In this document: positions 1 through 9,649 of the stretch, piece by piece
Layout: each line of letters starts with the position of its first letter
How positions within the stretch are numbered: position 1 is the stretch's first letter
NCBI GenBank assembly: GCA_963732475.1
Contig: CAVSZR010000001.1
Span: 11,631 to 75,630 of the forward strand
Direction: 5' to 3'
From: Blastocatellia bacterium
Lineage (GTDB): Bacteria; Acidobacteriota; Blastocatellia; Pyrinomonadales; Pyrinomonadaceae
Length of the DNA stretch: 64,000 nt
Notes under the pieces: model-generated
What the model was told of the DNA's origin: nothing
The model's database searches: none
The model's input: only the letters and a program-made list of their open reading frames with translations
Program-made: the position numbers and the translations under genes

Positions 1-1
1 T

Positions 2-271
2 CCGTTTTACGGTGATATTCCCGAGGAGGGCGTCTTGATGAAATTAAGAACGCCGACCATCTTTGTTTCAGGGACCAAGGACGGCTGGATAAATACGGAA
101 AAGGTGGCGGTTCTCGAAGATGCCGCCGAGCGTTTCGAACTGCCGGTCCATTCGGTGAAATATGAGGCCGACCACGCCTTTTTTAATAATACGCGTCCGG
201 AGGTTTATGATGCGGAAGCCGCAAATGACGCATGGGCGTTGGTAGTGGGGTTCTTCAAGGACAAGCTATAA
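2..271 (+). CDS. dienelactone hydrolase family protein, C-terminal part (5' end outside window)
   Basis: The frame of ORF 35..271 stays open to the window edge (PFYGDIPEEGV...). The ending ADHAFFNNTRPEVYDAEAANDAWALVVGFF is typical of the DLH family. Confidence 0.6.
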   Translation, partial: PFYGDIPEEGVLMKLRTPTIFVSGTKDGWINTEKVAVLEDAAERFELPVHSVKYEADHAFFNNTRPEVYDAEAANDAWALVVGFFKDKL

Positions 272-344
272 AAAATACTTTCGCGCTTTGATAAAATGGT
301 TCATAATCGCTCTGTCGATTCCCTCAGACAGCGGAGGTATTTTT

Positions 345-1043
345 ATGAAGATCATTATGATCTTTCCATTTTTCGTTGCTGCTCTCGCACTGGGGCAGGC
401 TCCGGATCCTACAAAAAATGACTCGCCGCTCGCGGTTTTGGAATTCAAGTGGAATAGAGATCGAAAGGAGCCGCCGGTCATTAATTCCAGCAAAGCCGCG
501 CCAGTGCGAGAGGTCATTCCCGAAAACAAAAAGTTTCAGAGGGAGGCGAGAGCGCAGTTGTCGCCAGGAGCGATAGACCCAAACACTCAGACCATTGACG
601 GACGAAGCGAGGCCCTCGAAAGGATCACGCAGGATTCGAGAACACCGAAAGGAAAAGCTGTCGAAGGATTTTCATATCACGCGAAATTGGAGAACCGGGC
701 GGAAACCGCCACCGACGTTATTTTTCTTGAGTTTCAATTTACCGAAGTAGCCAATCCGGCAAATCTGGTACGCCGTCAGTTTCTGTCCGCCGTGAGTATC
801 AAGCCTAAGAACAAGGCGGATATTCGTGCTTTCAGCTCCCTTGGGCCGAGCGATGTGATTAGCGTCGAAAGTCTGTCATCCGGCGGCGAAAAGCTCTTTG
901 ACTCAAAGGTGAACATAAACCGGATCGAATATTCAAACGGTGCGATCCTTCAGCGTAAAGACTGGAATTTCGTAGCTTTGAAAGCATCGATCGCCCACGC
1001 TGTGTCGACGCCATGGGGAGCAGAAGTGTGCCGGGGAATTTGA
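345..1043 (+). CDS. hypothetical secreted protein
   Basis: ATG at 345 is preceded by GGAGGT (333..338). The N-terminus MKIIMIFPFFVAALALGQA looks like a signal peptide. I recognise no family. Confidence 0.5.
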   Translation: MKIIMIFPFFVAALALGQAPDPTKNDSPLAVLEFKWNRDRKEPPVINSSKAAPVREVIPENKKFQREARAQLSPGAIDPNTQTIDGRSEALERITQDSRTPKGKAVEGFSYHAKLENRAETATDVIFLEFQFTEVANPANLVRRQFLSAVSIKPKNKADIRAFSSLGPSDVISVESLSSGGEKLFDSKVNINRIEYSNGAILQRKDWNFVALKASIAHAVSTPWGAEVCRGI

Positions 1044-1055
1044 GCGGGATTAACC

Positions 1056-2001
1056 TCATAACTCACCCTCATGAATCAAGCGGGAAAGTTCGTCTATTTT
1101 TGGAAGTGCGGTACGGGCGCCTACAGCACGGCATTTCAGACGCAGCGACCGCATTCGCCATTTTTGCACTTTCTTCGACTGATTCACCTTTGATCAACCC
1201 GTAAAGCAGCCCGACTCGAAACGAATCGCCCGCACCGGTCGTATCTTTGCAGCCACCCGGCACGGCATATCCCGGGGTCTCAACAAAAGTGTCGCCGCAT
1301 AAAAGAAGCGAGCCTTTTTCACCCAAGGTAACGCCAATGATCCCGCATCCGAATCGCGACCGCAATTCGAGCAGAGCCTCCTTCTTATTTGAAATGCCAA
1401 GCAGTTTCACGGGAAACTCGGAGGATGCCATGAGCAGATCGACATGGGGAATGAGTTCTTCAATTCCGTCGAAAACGTTGTCTATATCGCATGACACGAC
1501 AATTCCGTTCTTCTTTGAGCTCTCTGCCATTGCTATGCATGCACTCACGTCATGCGGCGTGAAATGCAGGATCCTGGAGCTCTTTAGGGAGTGAACGGGT
1601 GCCTCGGCACTTGTATAGGCAAGTTTGTCGTCGCGGTGCCAGATGACAGTCCGTTCTCCGTTTCGCACGTCGATCAAGATAAATGCGATCTGGGTTCTCG
1701 CCCCTTCAATTTGCTCGGCAAAACCAACATGGACACCTTCGTCGATCAACGACCGCATACCAAAATCGCCCGCATCGTCGTCTCCAAATCGGCCAATGTA
1801 GGATGTCTTTAGCCCAAGGCGTTTTAGTCCGACCATCGTTGTGGCCACTTCCCCGCCGGCTGCCTGCAGGTAATCAACAAGCTCGATCTTTGAGTCAAAG
1901 GCCGGATACTCAGGTACCTGAATCAGGTAATCGACCGCGTTTGTCCCAAAGCCGATGACGTCGAACTCTTTGTTTTCGGGTAATTCAAAGGGAAACTGCA
2001 T
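1056..2001 (-). CDS. PfkB-family carbohydrate kinase (frame shift near 1145 in this assembly)
   Basis: It has the ribokinase-like N-terminus FDVIGFGTNAVDYL and the TTGAGD motif. The family-typical C-terminus AVAALKCRAVGARTALPKIDELSRLIHEGEL continues in another frame down to a stop at 1056..1058. Confidence 0.8.
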
Positions 2002-2161
2002 TTAGAAATTTGTAAGTTGCGGATGCAATAAATAAAATCTATAGAAATTTTGCGACGTTTCTTGCAATCACGATCAATAAAAAGTTAGATTTGTAATCAT
2101 AATTATTTCGCGCAAAAGTAAGGTTTAACTAAATTTAGTAGATTTCCGGAGAAAAGAGAAA

Positions 2162-2374
2162 ATGCCTACATCAATTTGTCCCGAATGTGATGAGGAAGTT
2201 TATGTGGACGCCGATATGGAACAGGGCGACCGCGTCAATTGCGACGAATGTCAGTCAAGCCTTGTCGTTGTCGGGCTTGACCCGATCGAACTCGACCTGT
2301 ATGAAGAGGTGGATAGTGAATATGGCCAAAGCGACGATTTTGACGCTCACGGCTTTGATGACGACCGCTTTTGA
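2162..2374 (+). CDS. LysW-like zinc-ribbon amino-group carrier protein homologue
   Basis: CPECDEEV...VNCDECQSSLVVVGLDPIELD matches the LysW pattern CPECxxE...CxxCxxxLxVVxLDPxxL followed by an acidic tail. The tail ends DDDRF rather than the usual terminal Glu. Confidence 0.55.
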   Translation: MPTSICPECDEEVYVDADMEQGDRVNCDECQSSLVVVGLDPIELDLYEEVDSEYGQSDDFDAHGFDDDRF

Positions 2375-2394
2375 CGAATACCTGCCGCCCGTTT

Positions 2395-3402
2395 TTATTT
2401 CGATCCGATAGGCTGACGGTAACCGGGTCGATTCTGCTTTACAACCAAGCCATTTCTTGCCTCGATCCGCACTTCATGGAACTTCCCATCTCGTCGTTTT
2501 TCTTCACTCGGATAAAACGCGATCGCATATGAAGCGGTCATCTCTTCAGCAAGGGCTTTGAAGAGCGGTTCGAAGCTGTCCGCGGTCGCATAGAAGCTCC
2601 GGCCGCCCGTCCGTTCGATGATCCCGCTTGCTTCAAGAGGGGTCAGCAAAGGCCGTTTGGCCGGTTGGAGCCGGGAATACGAGGGCAATATCAACGCATA
2701 AACGGTAGTTTCGCCGGCATTTGCACGTTCGATCACAGTTGCAGGTGAGACAATATCCCCGACGGGAAAACCGTCCGTTATCACGATAACGGCTCGTTTC
2801 ATTAAACGATTTCCAGAGAATTTTGGAGCGCGTTTCAACAGCATCCGAACCGCGTCGTCAATGGCATCGTAGGCGTGCGTGGAAAGGCCATCCTGGTCGC
2901 GTTTGAGGCGATCGAAGCTTTTTTCCAACCTCTCTCTCCGATTTGTAAATGTTTGAAGCGTTTTGACCTCCATCGCGAAGGTCGTAAGCGCAAAATAAGA
3001 GTTGTAGTCCGCCAACCGTTCGACGAAGCTTTGAAGCGCGGACCTTAATTTCTGAAGTTCCTGACCGGTAATGCTGCCCGACACATCCAGTGCGAAAACG
3101 ATCGACATTGGGCGTCCGGACTGTTCCTTTTTTATCGGTTCAAAGAAATCCGCGGTCCGCTCGACACCATCCTCAAAAACACGAAAGTCCCCGGGCGAAA
3201 GATTTCGAACCGGCTGGCCGTTCCTATCGGTCACGCTGACCTCGAAGGCAGCTAGATCCGTATCGATTCGGATGACCTCATCAGGTTGCTGTGCACTGAC
3301 AAAAACAGCCGGAAAAACTATCGCGACAAAAGCGAAAATTGACCTTAGCCAAGACAAGTGTTTTGGAGAATTCGCTCGGTCAATTTGAATGAAAGCAGTC
3401 AT
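2395..3402 (-). CDS. VWA domain-containing protein (acidobacterial VWFA-related type)
   Basis: The MIDAS-like motif is VFALDVSGSITG. The likely start is the internal Met at 3402 (MTAFIQ...IFAFVAIVFPAVFVSAQQ signal/anchor). The 66-codon upstream extension has no coding character. Confidence 0.75.
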   Translation of the reverse strand: MTAFIQIDRANSPKHLSWLRSIFAFVAIVFPAVFVSAQQPDEVIRIDTDLAAFEVSVTDRNGQPVRNLSPGDFRVFEDGVERTADFFEPIKKEQSGRPMSIVFALDVSGSITGQELQKLRSALQSFVERLADYNSYFALTTFAMEVKTLQTFTNRRERLEKSFDRLKRDQDGLSTHAYDAIDDAVRMLLKRAPKFSGNRLMKRAVIVITDGFPVGDIVSPATVIERANAGETTVYALILPSYSRLQPAKRPLLTPLEASGIIERTGGRSFYATADSFEPLFKALAEEMTASYAIAFYPSEEKRRDGKFHEVRIEARNGLVVKQNRPGYRQPIGSK

Positions 3403-3625
3403 TTTGAATCTGTCAACGATCCTAAACCGTCCCGCTAGAATATGGAAATCTGTCTCCTGACGCCAGAAATGGCGATTTCCGCAATCATAAAATTTTGGCA
3501 TAGGGTTTGTATAGTTAAGATTTGACGGCGGCCTAGTCGAATAGGTTTGCCGACCGCTCTGGCAGTCGAAAACGGCGGCCAGTTCGACCAATAGTACCAA
3601 GAATTAAGCATTCAGAATTAAAACA

Positions 3626-6211
3626 ATGCAAGACCGAGATCCTCATTTGAATTGGCGACTGCAGACGTGGTTGTTACTTGCCGTCGGTGCGGCAATATTT
3701 GGATTTTCGATCTACGAGACCGTTTCATTGTCCATTTCAAGGATAGTGGTTCTTTCTGCGTCTATTTTTGTAGCCATTCTCGTCAGTAAGTACGAGGCCC
3801 GGATCCCGGGCACCAACGTGGTTTTTAACCCGAAGATCGTATTTACTCTCTGGGGAGCAATTTCGATTGGAGTCGGTGCCGGAGTGATCCTGGCGGCTTG
3901 TGCAGCGATCTCGAGTATCGGGCGATATCAGAATAACCGGCGCAAACTGATCCATACGGTTGCGAGGGATATCATTTGCGCTTTTGTGGCAGGGATCGGA
4001 TTTGAAAGGGCACTTGCTTATTCGAACACGTTTGGACTTCTCCCGGCAGAATCAGGACTTCTAATACCGAACGAAGTCATAGTGGCCGCATCGTTCATGG
4101 CAGCGGTTCATTTCGTTTTCAATGAGATACTTTCAGTCGCGTTGTTTCGGCTTGAAAACGGCCAAATTCATAAAGGCGATCTGCGTGAATTGTTGCTGGC
4201 TCCCGTGATAGTCACGGTCGTGGGCTATATTGTAACCATCCTGCTATTGATCGTATTCGATCATTTCGGTACTGAGTTCGGCCTCGTCGTCATACCCCTT
4301 GTCATCGTCGGAAATCTCGCCTATGAGATCCATTCCCGCAGGCTGGAACATCAAACCAAACAGATCACCGAGGCAAGCCGGATGCATCTTGCAACGGTTG
4401 AAGCCCTTGCGACAGCGATCGACGCACGCGACCAGGTGGGCATGGGCCACGTTCGCAGGACACAGATCTATGCGGTAGGAATCGGCGTTGTAATGGGTCT
4501 TGACGAGGGAGAAATAAATGCTCTTCGAACGGGTGCTCTATTACACGATATTGGAAAACTTGCTGTTCCCGACCACATCCTAAACAAACCTGGCCGGCTT
4601 ACGTCAGCCGAGATGGAAAAAACCAAGATCCATTCGTCGGTTGGCGCTTCGATCCTTGAAAAAGTCGGGTTCCTCTATCCGGTTGTGCCTACGGTGAAGT
4701 ACCATCACGAATTTTGGGACGGAAGTGGCTACCCCGAAGGGCTGAAAGGCACGAACATTCCATTGACAGCCAGAATACTGTCTGTGGCCGATGCATACGA
4801 CACCCTTCGAGGAGCCCGGCCCTATCGCCCGGCTGTTTCCCGCGATGATGCGTGCAATTTCCTTCGATCGAGGGCGGGTACCCAGTTTGACCCAAATATC
4901 GTAAATATCTTTCTCCGAAACCTTCGGGCAATGGAAACGGAGATCGAGATGCAGGGTATCGAATACAGCAGCGATTCGGAGATCAAATCAAAAGGGTCGA
5001 TCAACGCCGAGAGTTTTGACCGCTCCGAATTTTGTCGAGCAAATAAAACGTGCCAATAAAGAGGTGTTTCTCCCTCTACGAGATGGCGAGGGATTTCAGC
5101 TCCTCACTCAATCTTGATGAAATGCTATCGCTTTTCGCGGAGAAAGTGTCTGAGTTTGTGCCGTTTGACACTTGTCTGGTGTACCTGCTGGACGAATCAG
5201 GGGAATCTGCGACGGCAGTTTATGTCGAGGGCAAAAACACGGAAGCTCTAAAAGGAAAACACGTTAAAGTGGGCGAAGGCGCGACAGGTTATGTGCTGAA
5301 AAAATGCAAACCGGTCGAAAATGTCGACCCGTCTTTAGATTTCATTTTTTCGACATTCCGAGATCTGTGAAGATTATGTTGCGATGGCGTGCCTGCCGTT
5401 ATTGGCCGACGAAAAGATCATCGGGGCGATTTCCCTTTATTCGGGTGAGCTTGCGATCTACGAAGAAGAGCACCTGCGGTTGCTCGAAACTATTTCGCGT
5501 ATCGCCGCCGATGCTATCAGCAAGTCGGTAAGGCACGCCGAAACGGAAACTCACGCGTTGACGGACCCAATGACCGGGTTGCCAAATGCACGGAGCCTTC
5601 AGTTCCAATTTGAGAAGGAAATGGCACGCGCGAAACGGAGCGGGCACAACCTTCAGCTTCTCGTCCTTGATCTCGACGGATTTAAGGCGATCAACGACAC
5701 TTTCGGGCATAAAACCGGCGACGCGATGTTGAAAGAGATCGGCAGCCGTCATAAAGAAAGAGCTTAGAGACTACGATTTTCTAGCCAGGTATGGCGGCGA
5801 CGAGTTTGTGGCCCTTGTTCCTGAAACCGATAGTGCTGACGTGATCGAACTATGCCGGACGAATCGAGTCGGCTGTATGCGAATTCTCGCTTCCGGTCGA
5901 TGAGACGGCAACGAGCCGGAGTCGGCGTAAGCGTTGGTTCTTCCTGCTTCCCGGCTCATGGCGAGAATTTTGACCAACTGATCGAGGCGGCAGATAAGGC
6001 GATGTACAGAACGAAGGCATTTCACAAGCAACGCAATTCTCGTCTTGAACAACATCAGACGCGATCCGTCTCCGGCAATCATTTCCTCCCCGCCGAGGCC
6101 CTAAGGATAGTGGAGGAGTCAGCCTGGCCCGGCAGCGATCCGCTTAAAGAAAGCGATCTGGTGGTTGAGTTGGATGAAAGCCACATCGTTTCTTATTCAA
6201 CGATCAACTAA
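3626..6211 (+). CDS. membrane-anchored HD-GYP / GAF / GGDEF multidomain c-di-GMP protein (at least 6 frame shifts between about 5040 and 5920)
   Basis: The N-terminus has multiple TM helices. HD-GYP motifs are HDIGK and [14 protein letters not shown]-like sequence is in ORF 5050..5370. The GGDEF domain is split over ORFs 5384..5767, an unlisted frame ([10 protein letters not shown]) and 5852..6211. The linker [21 protein letters not shown] bridges the frames. Confidence 0.8.
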
Positions 6212-6235
6212 TCGAAGCGACCTCCGGAATTGTAT

Positions 6236-9200
6236 CTAAAATGCCTGCGAGAACCGGAAATGGATCTGGCTCTGCGGGAGTTGATAAATGGCGTTAGGGG
6301 CATTTAGCTGCGGGATGAGGAAACGCGGCGGATTCAGCAAATATCCGTAATCGACACCGAACTCGCCGCCGACGGGCGTCTTTAGCCGCAAGCCAAGCCC
6401 TACGGTGTGCGACCATAAGGCCCTCAGATTCTGCCGAAACACATCGTTTGGCGGCACATCGGGAGGGTTAAAGATGTCGCCGATTCGCCTGAAAACATTC
6501 CCACCGTCATAGAAGGGCACGGCACGGACCGTTTTGGATAAAGGTATCCGGGCTTCAAGGTTCACTACCGCCAGAGCGTTGCCTCCAAAAGGAATTGTAA
6601 AAGGATCGAGAAAGATCGGGTCAAGATTACTGTCCCGGTAAAACCCTGACGGTACGACTACGACACGCGGACCGGCGGATTCAAAATCAAAGCCCCGCAG
6701 TGTATTAGCACCGCCCGCAAAGAACCGCTCGCTGATCGGCATCAAGCCTTCAAGATCCGCGGCTGGAGTGTTCGCAAACCTGTTGCCCGAGGAAAATACG
6801 TGGGCAAGTCCGAGGATAGCGCGCCCCGCGAACGTCGAATTCTTCAACGAAGGGAACGTATAATAGACATTGTAGGAGGCCTGAAACTTGTTGAATCCAA
6901 TATTGGCACCCAGGAAGGGCAAAGAAGTGTTATATTCCGCCGTCACGTAGGTTCCCCTCGTCGGGTCGCTTGCGCTGTAACGGCACGGTTCACCGGGCTC
7001 GCCGCGTTCGATTATTTCAAGTATCGTATATTTTATCGAACAGTTCTCCCGGGTGTCTCGAACAAACGTTGAGCCGAAGCCTGAGATGCGTATCTTTGAA
7101 TCGGGAATAAGGAGTTCCTTGATAAGCAGGCTCTGAAAACTATATAACCGAACATCCTCGAAACGATACCGGAAAAAGAGAATGCTCCGGTTTTTGCGAC
7201 TGATAGTTCGGTTTGTTTCGGCGGTCAAGGTCAACCTGTTTAAGGTCGGATCACCAGAATCAGCACCGAACTCATCAATGGGATTTCCGTCAGCGTCAAG
7301 ACGTTGGACGATGCCGAAGGTTCCTTTATCAAAGGCGGATCGGAAGAAACGCGTCACAGTGGAATCTCGCTGGTACTGGGCGGTAAGTGTCAGCGGAGCA
7401 AACCGCTGTTCACCATCACGGATGAACCGCGGATTTACATAATCGATCTGTGCCAGTTGCTGCCTTTGACTAAGCCGAACGCGGGCCCCGCCTTGCCAAA
7501 GCCTGCCCAGCAGGTTCAAATGCCGTATGTCAATGAACCCACTGGCGCCAAGATCGGTTGAATAGCCCCCGCCGTAAGACAATATTCGCGGAGCCTGCTC
7601 TTCAACATTCACGATAAGGTCGGTAACGCGGCCTTCCGCCGTTTCACCTGCCGGCTCGCGCTTAATATCCACTCGTGAAAAGGCATCGCTTGAGTATAGA
7701 TTTTGCTCACTTGTGTAGAGATCTCCGGAACGAAGCACCTCATTCGGCTTTAAGGTCAGTGCTTTTTCAATGGCCGAAGACTTGGTCTTTTCATTTCCCG
7801 TTACGAGTACGCGCCCGATGTAGACCTTCTTACCCTCGCCCTCCGGCAAAGAACCGGTTTCAACCGGCGTGACCGAATCGCCCGAAAGCGGCTTGTGCTT
7901 GATCTCATAACGGATCTTGAACAGTCCCTCGCCCGTTGCAGGATCAACGGTCCGTTCGTCGATCGAAAAATCAACTACTGCATCAAAGTAGCCGGCTTGC
8001 GAATAAAATTCGGCAAGCTTTCGCTGTCCATTTCTGATCTTTGCACGCGAGAAATTTTTGCCGACCATCGTCGGCAATTGGCTCATCAGGACAGCATCAG
8101 AGAAAACGGTATTGCCGGTTATCCGCACGTCGGCGATTATGGTTGGCCGTCCTTTATCGACTACGAACGTTATTACGAGGTTTTCGCCGTCGGGGCTAAC
8201 GCCTTGGTTTACCCTGACAGAAGCGTCGCGGAATCCCAACTCACGGAGGAGAGACCGTATTGTTGAAGCATCTTCTTCGAGTAATCGCTCGCTTGTATAT
8301 CCACGGCCATATCCAAATAACGGAATGATGCCGAGAATGTTTGCTTCCTGCGATTCAAGCACACTCCGAATCTCAGCGATAGTGAATTCGTCGACGCCCT
8401 CAAGCCGGATGTCGGTCAGCTTTAGCCGCCGGCTGAGATCCACGACATACCTCAACGATACCTTCCGGTCCGTAAGTTCCGCGCTGTTTAACGAGGAGCA
8501 AACGAATTCACTGGTGTCTTTGACGAGGCTGGGATCGAGCGCAACAAGAGGAGGTTCGACCGAACAGGAGGCGGTAACATTTGCAAAAAAATAACCCAGT
8601 TCCTGATAATGATTTTCGAGCCGCCGCTCGCCTTCGATGATCGCGGCATAATCCAGGGTGCCTTCGCGTTTGACCGGCAGCAGTCGATTCTGCGTGCTCG
8701 CGCCTACTTTTTCCCGTTCAGTCTCGACAGATACTTGGATCGTCGGGCCCTTCTTGCCCGTAAGCTCAATATTGATAAGGTTTGCGTCGCTATCGAACAC
8801 GGGTCGCGGTTCCGTGAGGAACGGGGCCAGGAAATTCTCTGCTCGCAAAGCTTCCCGGATCGTCTCAACATCTTTCGCCAAAGCCTCGCGGGAGAATGGC
8901 CGACCTGGCTGAAGACTCAGCTTATTTGCAAATTTGGCACGGTCAAACCCTTCTATGTTTATGTCGAACTTTCCAACTTTTGCCTGGGCGTTTGGTGTAA
9001 CGCGGAAGTTAACGGCAACTTCGTTCGCATTTTCCAGAGGTTTTTGGGTGTGGGTGACGTCGGCTTTGAAATACCCGCGTTCGCGTAGATATTCAAGAAT
9101 AATGTCGGAATTGTTCTGTAGCGTTTGTTCGGTTATTGCTGAGCCGGGCTCCAGTAAATTCAACCTAAATAGTAGCTCCTGTTCTGTAAAGGGGCCGTCC

Positions 9201-9631
9201 TTTGGACCGGCTAACTCAACGGTGACCTTTTGTGCTTGCGTCTTTCGCTTGACCAGGAACCGGAGTTTCACGCCGCTTTCGCCTGAACCGGCCGCTTCGA
9301 CGGCTATCGAGGCGATCCGTTTTGTCATGTAAAGCCGCTCAATGGCATCGCGTATCCGAACGGTTGAATATGTTTTTCCAACCGCCTCTATTGCTATCAG
9401 GCGAAATTGTTCGTTAGCCGAAATATTTTTGTCGTTTCCTTCGAAGGTTACTGTTAGATCTACGATCTCGCGGTTCTCGAACCCGTTTTGGGAAAGTGCA
9501 GACGCAGAAAGGACAAATATGAGCACGCATTTCGCAACGAGGCGCGACCCCGAGGTCAGGCATCGCCAAACCAACGGTTTCGACCAAACGTGTCCCATGC
9601 ATGTAATTTTGACCCGCTTGCTTTTAGACAT
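6236..9631 (-). CDS. bamA: Omp85/BamA-family outer membrane protein assembly factor (POTRA repeats plus beta-barrel)
   Basis: Intact 1131-aa ORF. The N-terminal half is POTRA-like. The C-terminal barrel has RGF/GGxxxLRGF-type motifs (FFAGGANTLRGFDFE) and a terminal aromatic (HFRFSQAF). It lies immediately downstream of tamB. Confidence 0.75.
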   Translation of the reverse strand: MSKSKRVKITCMGHVWSKPLVWRCLTSGSRLVAKCVLIFVLSASALSQNGFENREIVDLTVTFEGNDKNISANEQFRLIAIEAVGKTYSTVRIRDAIERLYMTKRIASIAVEAAGSGESGVKLRFLVKRKTQAQKVTVELAGPKDGPFTEQELLFRLNLLEPGSAITEQTLQNNSDIILEYLRERGYFKADVTHTQKPLENANEVAVNFRVTPNAQAKVGKFDINIEGFDRAKFANKLSLQPGRPFSREALAKDVETIREALRAENFLAPFLTEPRPVFDSDANLINIELTGKKGPTIQVSVETEREKVGASTQNRLLPVKREGTLDYAAIIEGERRLENHYQELGYFFANVTASCSVEPPLVALDPSLVKDTSEFVCSSLNSAELTDRKVSLRYVVDLSRRLKLTDIRLEGVDEFTIAEIRSVLESQEANILGIIPLFGYGRGYTSERLLEEDASTIRSLLRELGFRDASVRVNQGVSPDGENLVITFVVDKGRPTIIADVRITGNTVFSDAVLMSQLPTMVGKNFSRAKIRNGQRKLAEFYSQAGYFDAVVDFSIDERTVDPATGEGLFKIRYEIKHKPLSGDSVTPVETGSLPEGEGKKVYIGRVLVTGNEKTKSSAIEKALTLKPNEVLRSGDLYTSEQNLYSSDAFSRVDIKREPAGETAEGRVTDLIVNVEEQAPRILSYGGGYSTDLGASGFIDIRHLNLLGRLWQGGARVRLSQRQQLAQIDYVNPRFIRDGEQRFAPLTLTAQYQRDSTVTRFFRSAFDKGTFGIVQRLDADGNPIDEFGADSGDPTLNRLTLTAETNRTISRKNRSILFFRYRFEDVRLYSFQSLLIKELLIPDSKIRISGFGSTFVRDTRENCSIKYTILEIIERGEPGEPCRYSASDPTRGTYVTAEYNTSLPFLGANIGFNKFQASYNVYYTFPSLKNSTFAGRAILGLAHVFSSGNRFANTPAADLEGLMPISERFFAGGANTLRGFDFESAGPRVVVVPSGFYRDSNLDPIFLDPFTIPFGGNALAVVNLEARIPLSKTVRAVPFYDGGNVFRRIGDIFNPPDVPPNDVFRQNLRALWSHTVGLGLRLKTPVGGEFGVDYGYLLNPPRFLIPQLNAPNAIYQLPQSQIHFRFSQAF

Positions 9632-9649
9632 CTGTCGTTGCGAATTCCT

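Noticed and set aside
3520-3600. tRNA-like sequence (…CCAGTTCGACC…TACCA)
   Set aside because: No complementary acceptor stem or T-stem can be drawn. It is kept only as a low-interest direct repeat.
3403-3600. 66-codon N-terminal extension of the VWA ORF (listed start 3600)
   Set aside because: The extension has no signal or domain character. The internal Met at 3402 gives a normal signal/anchor directly.
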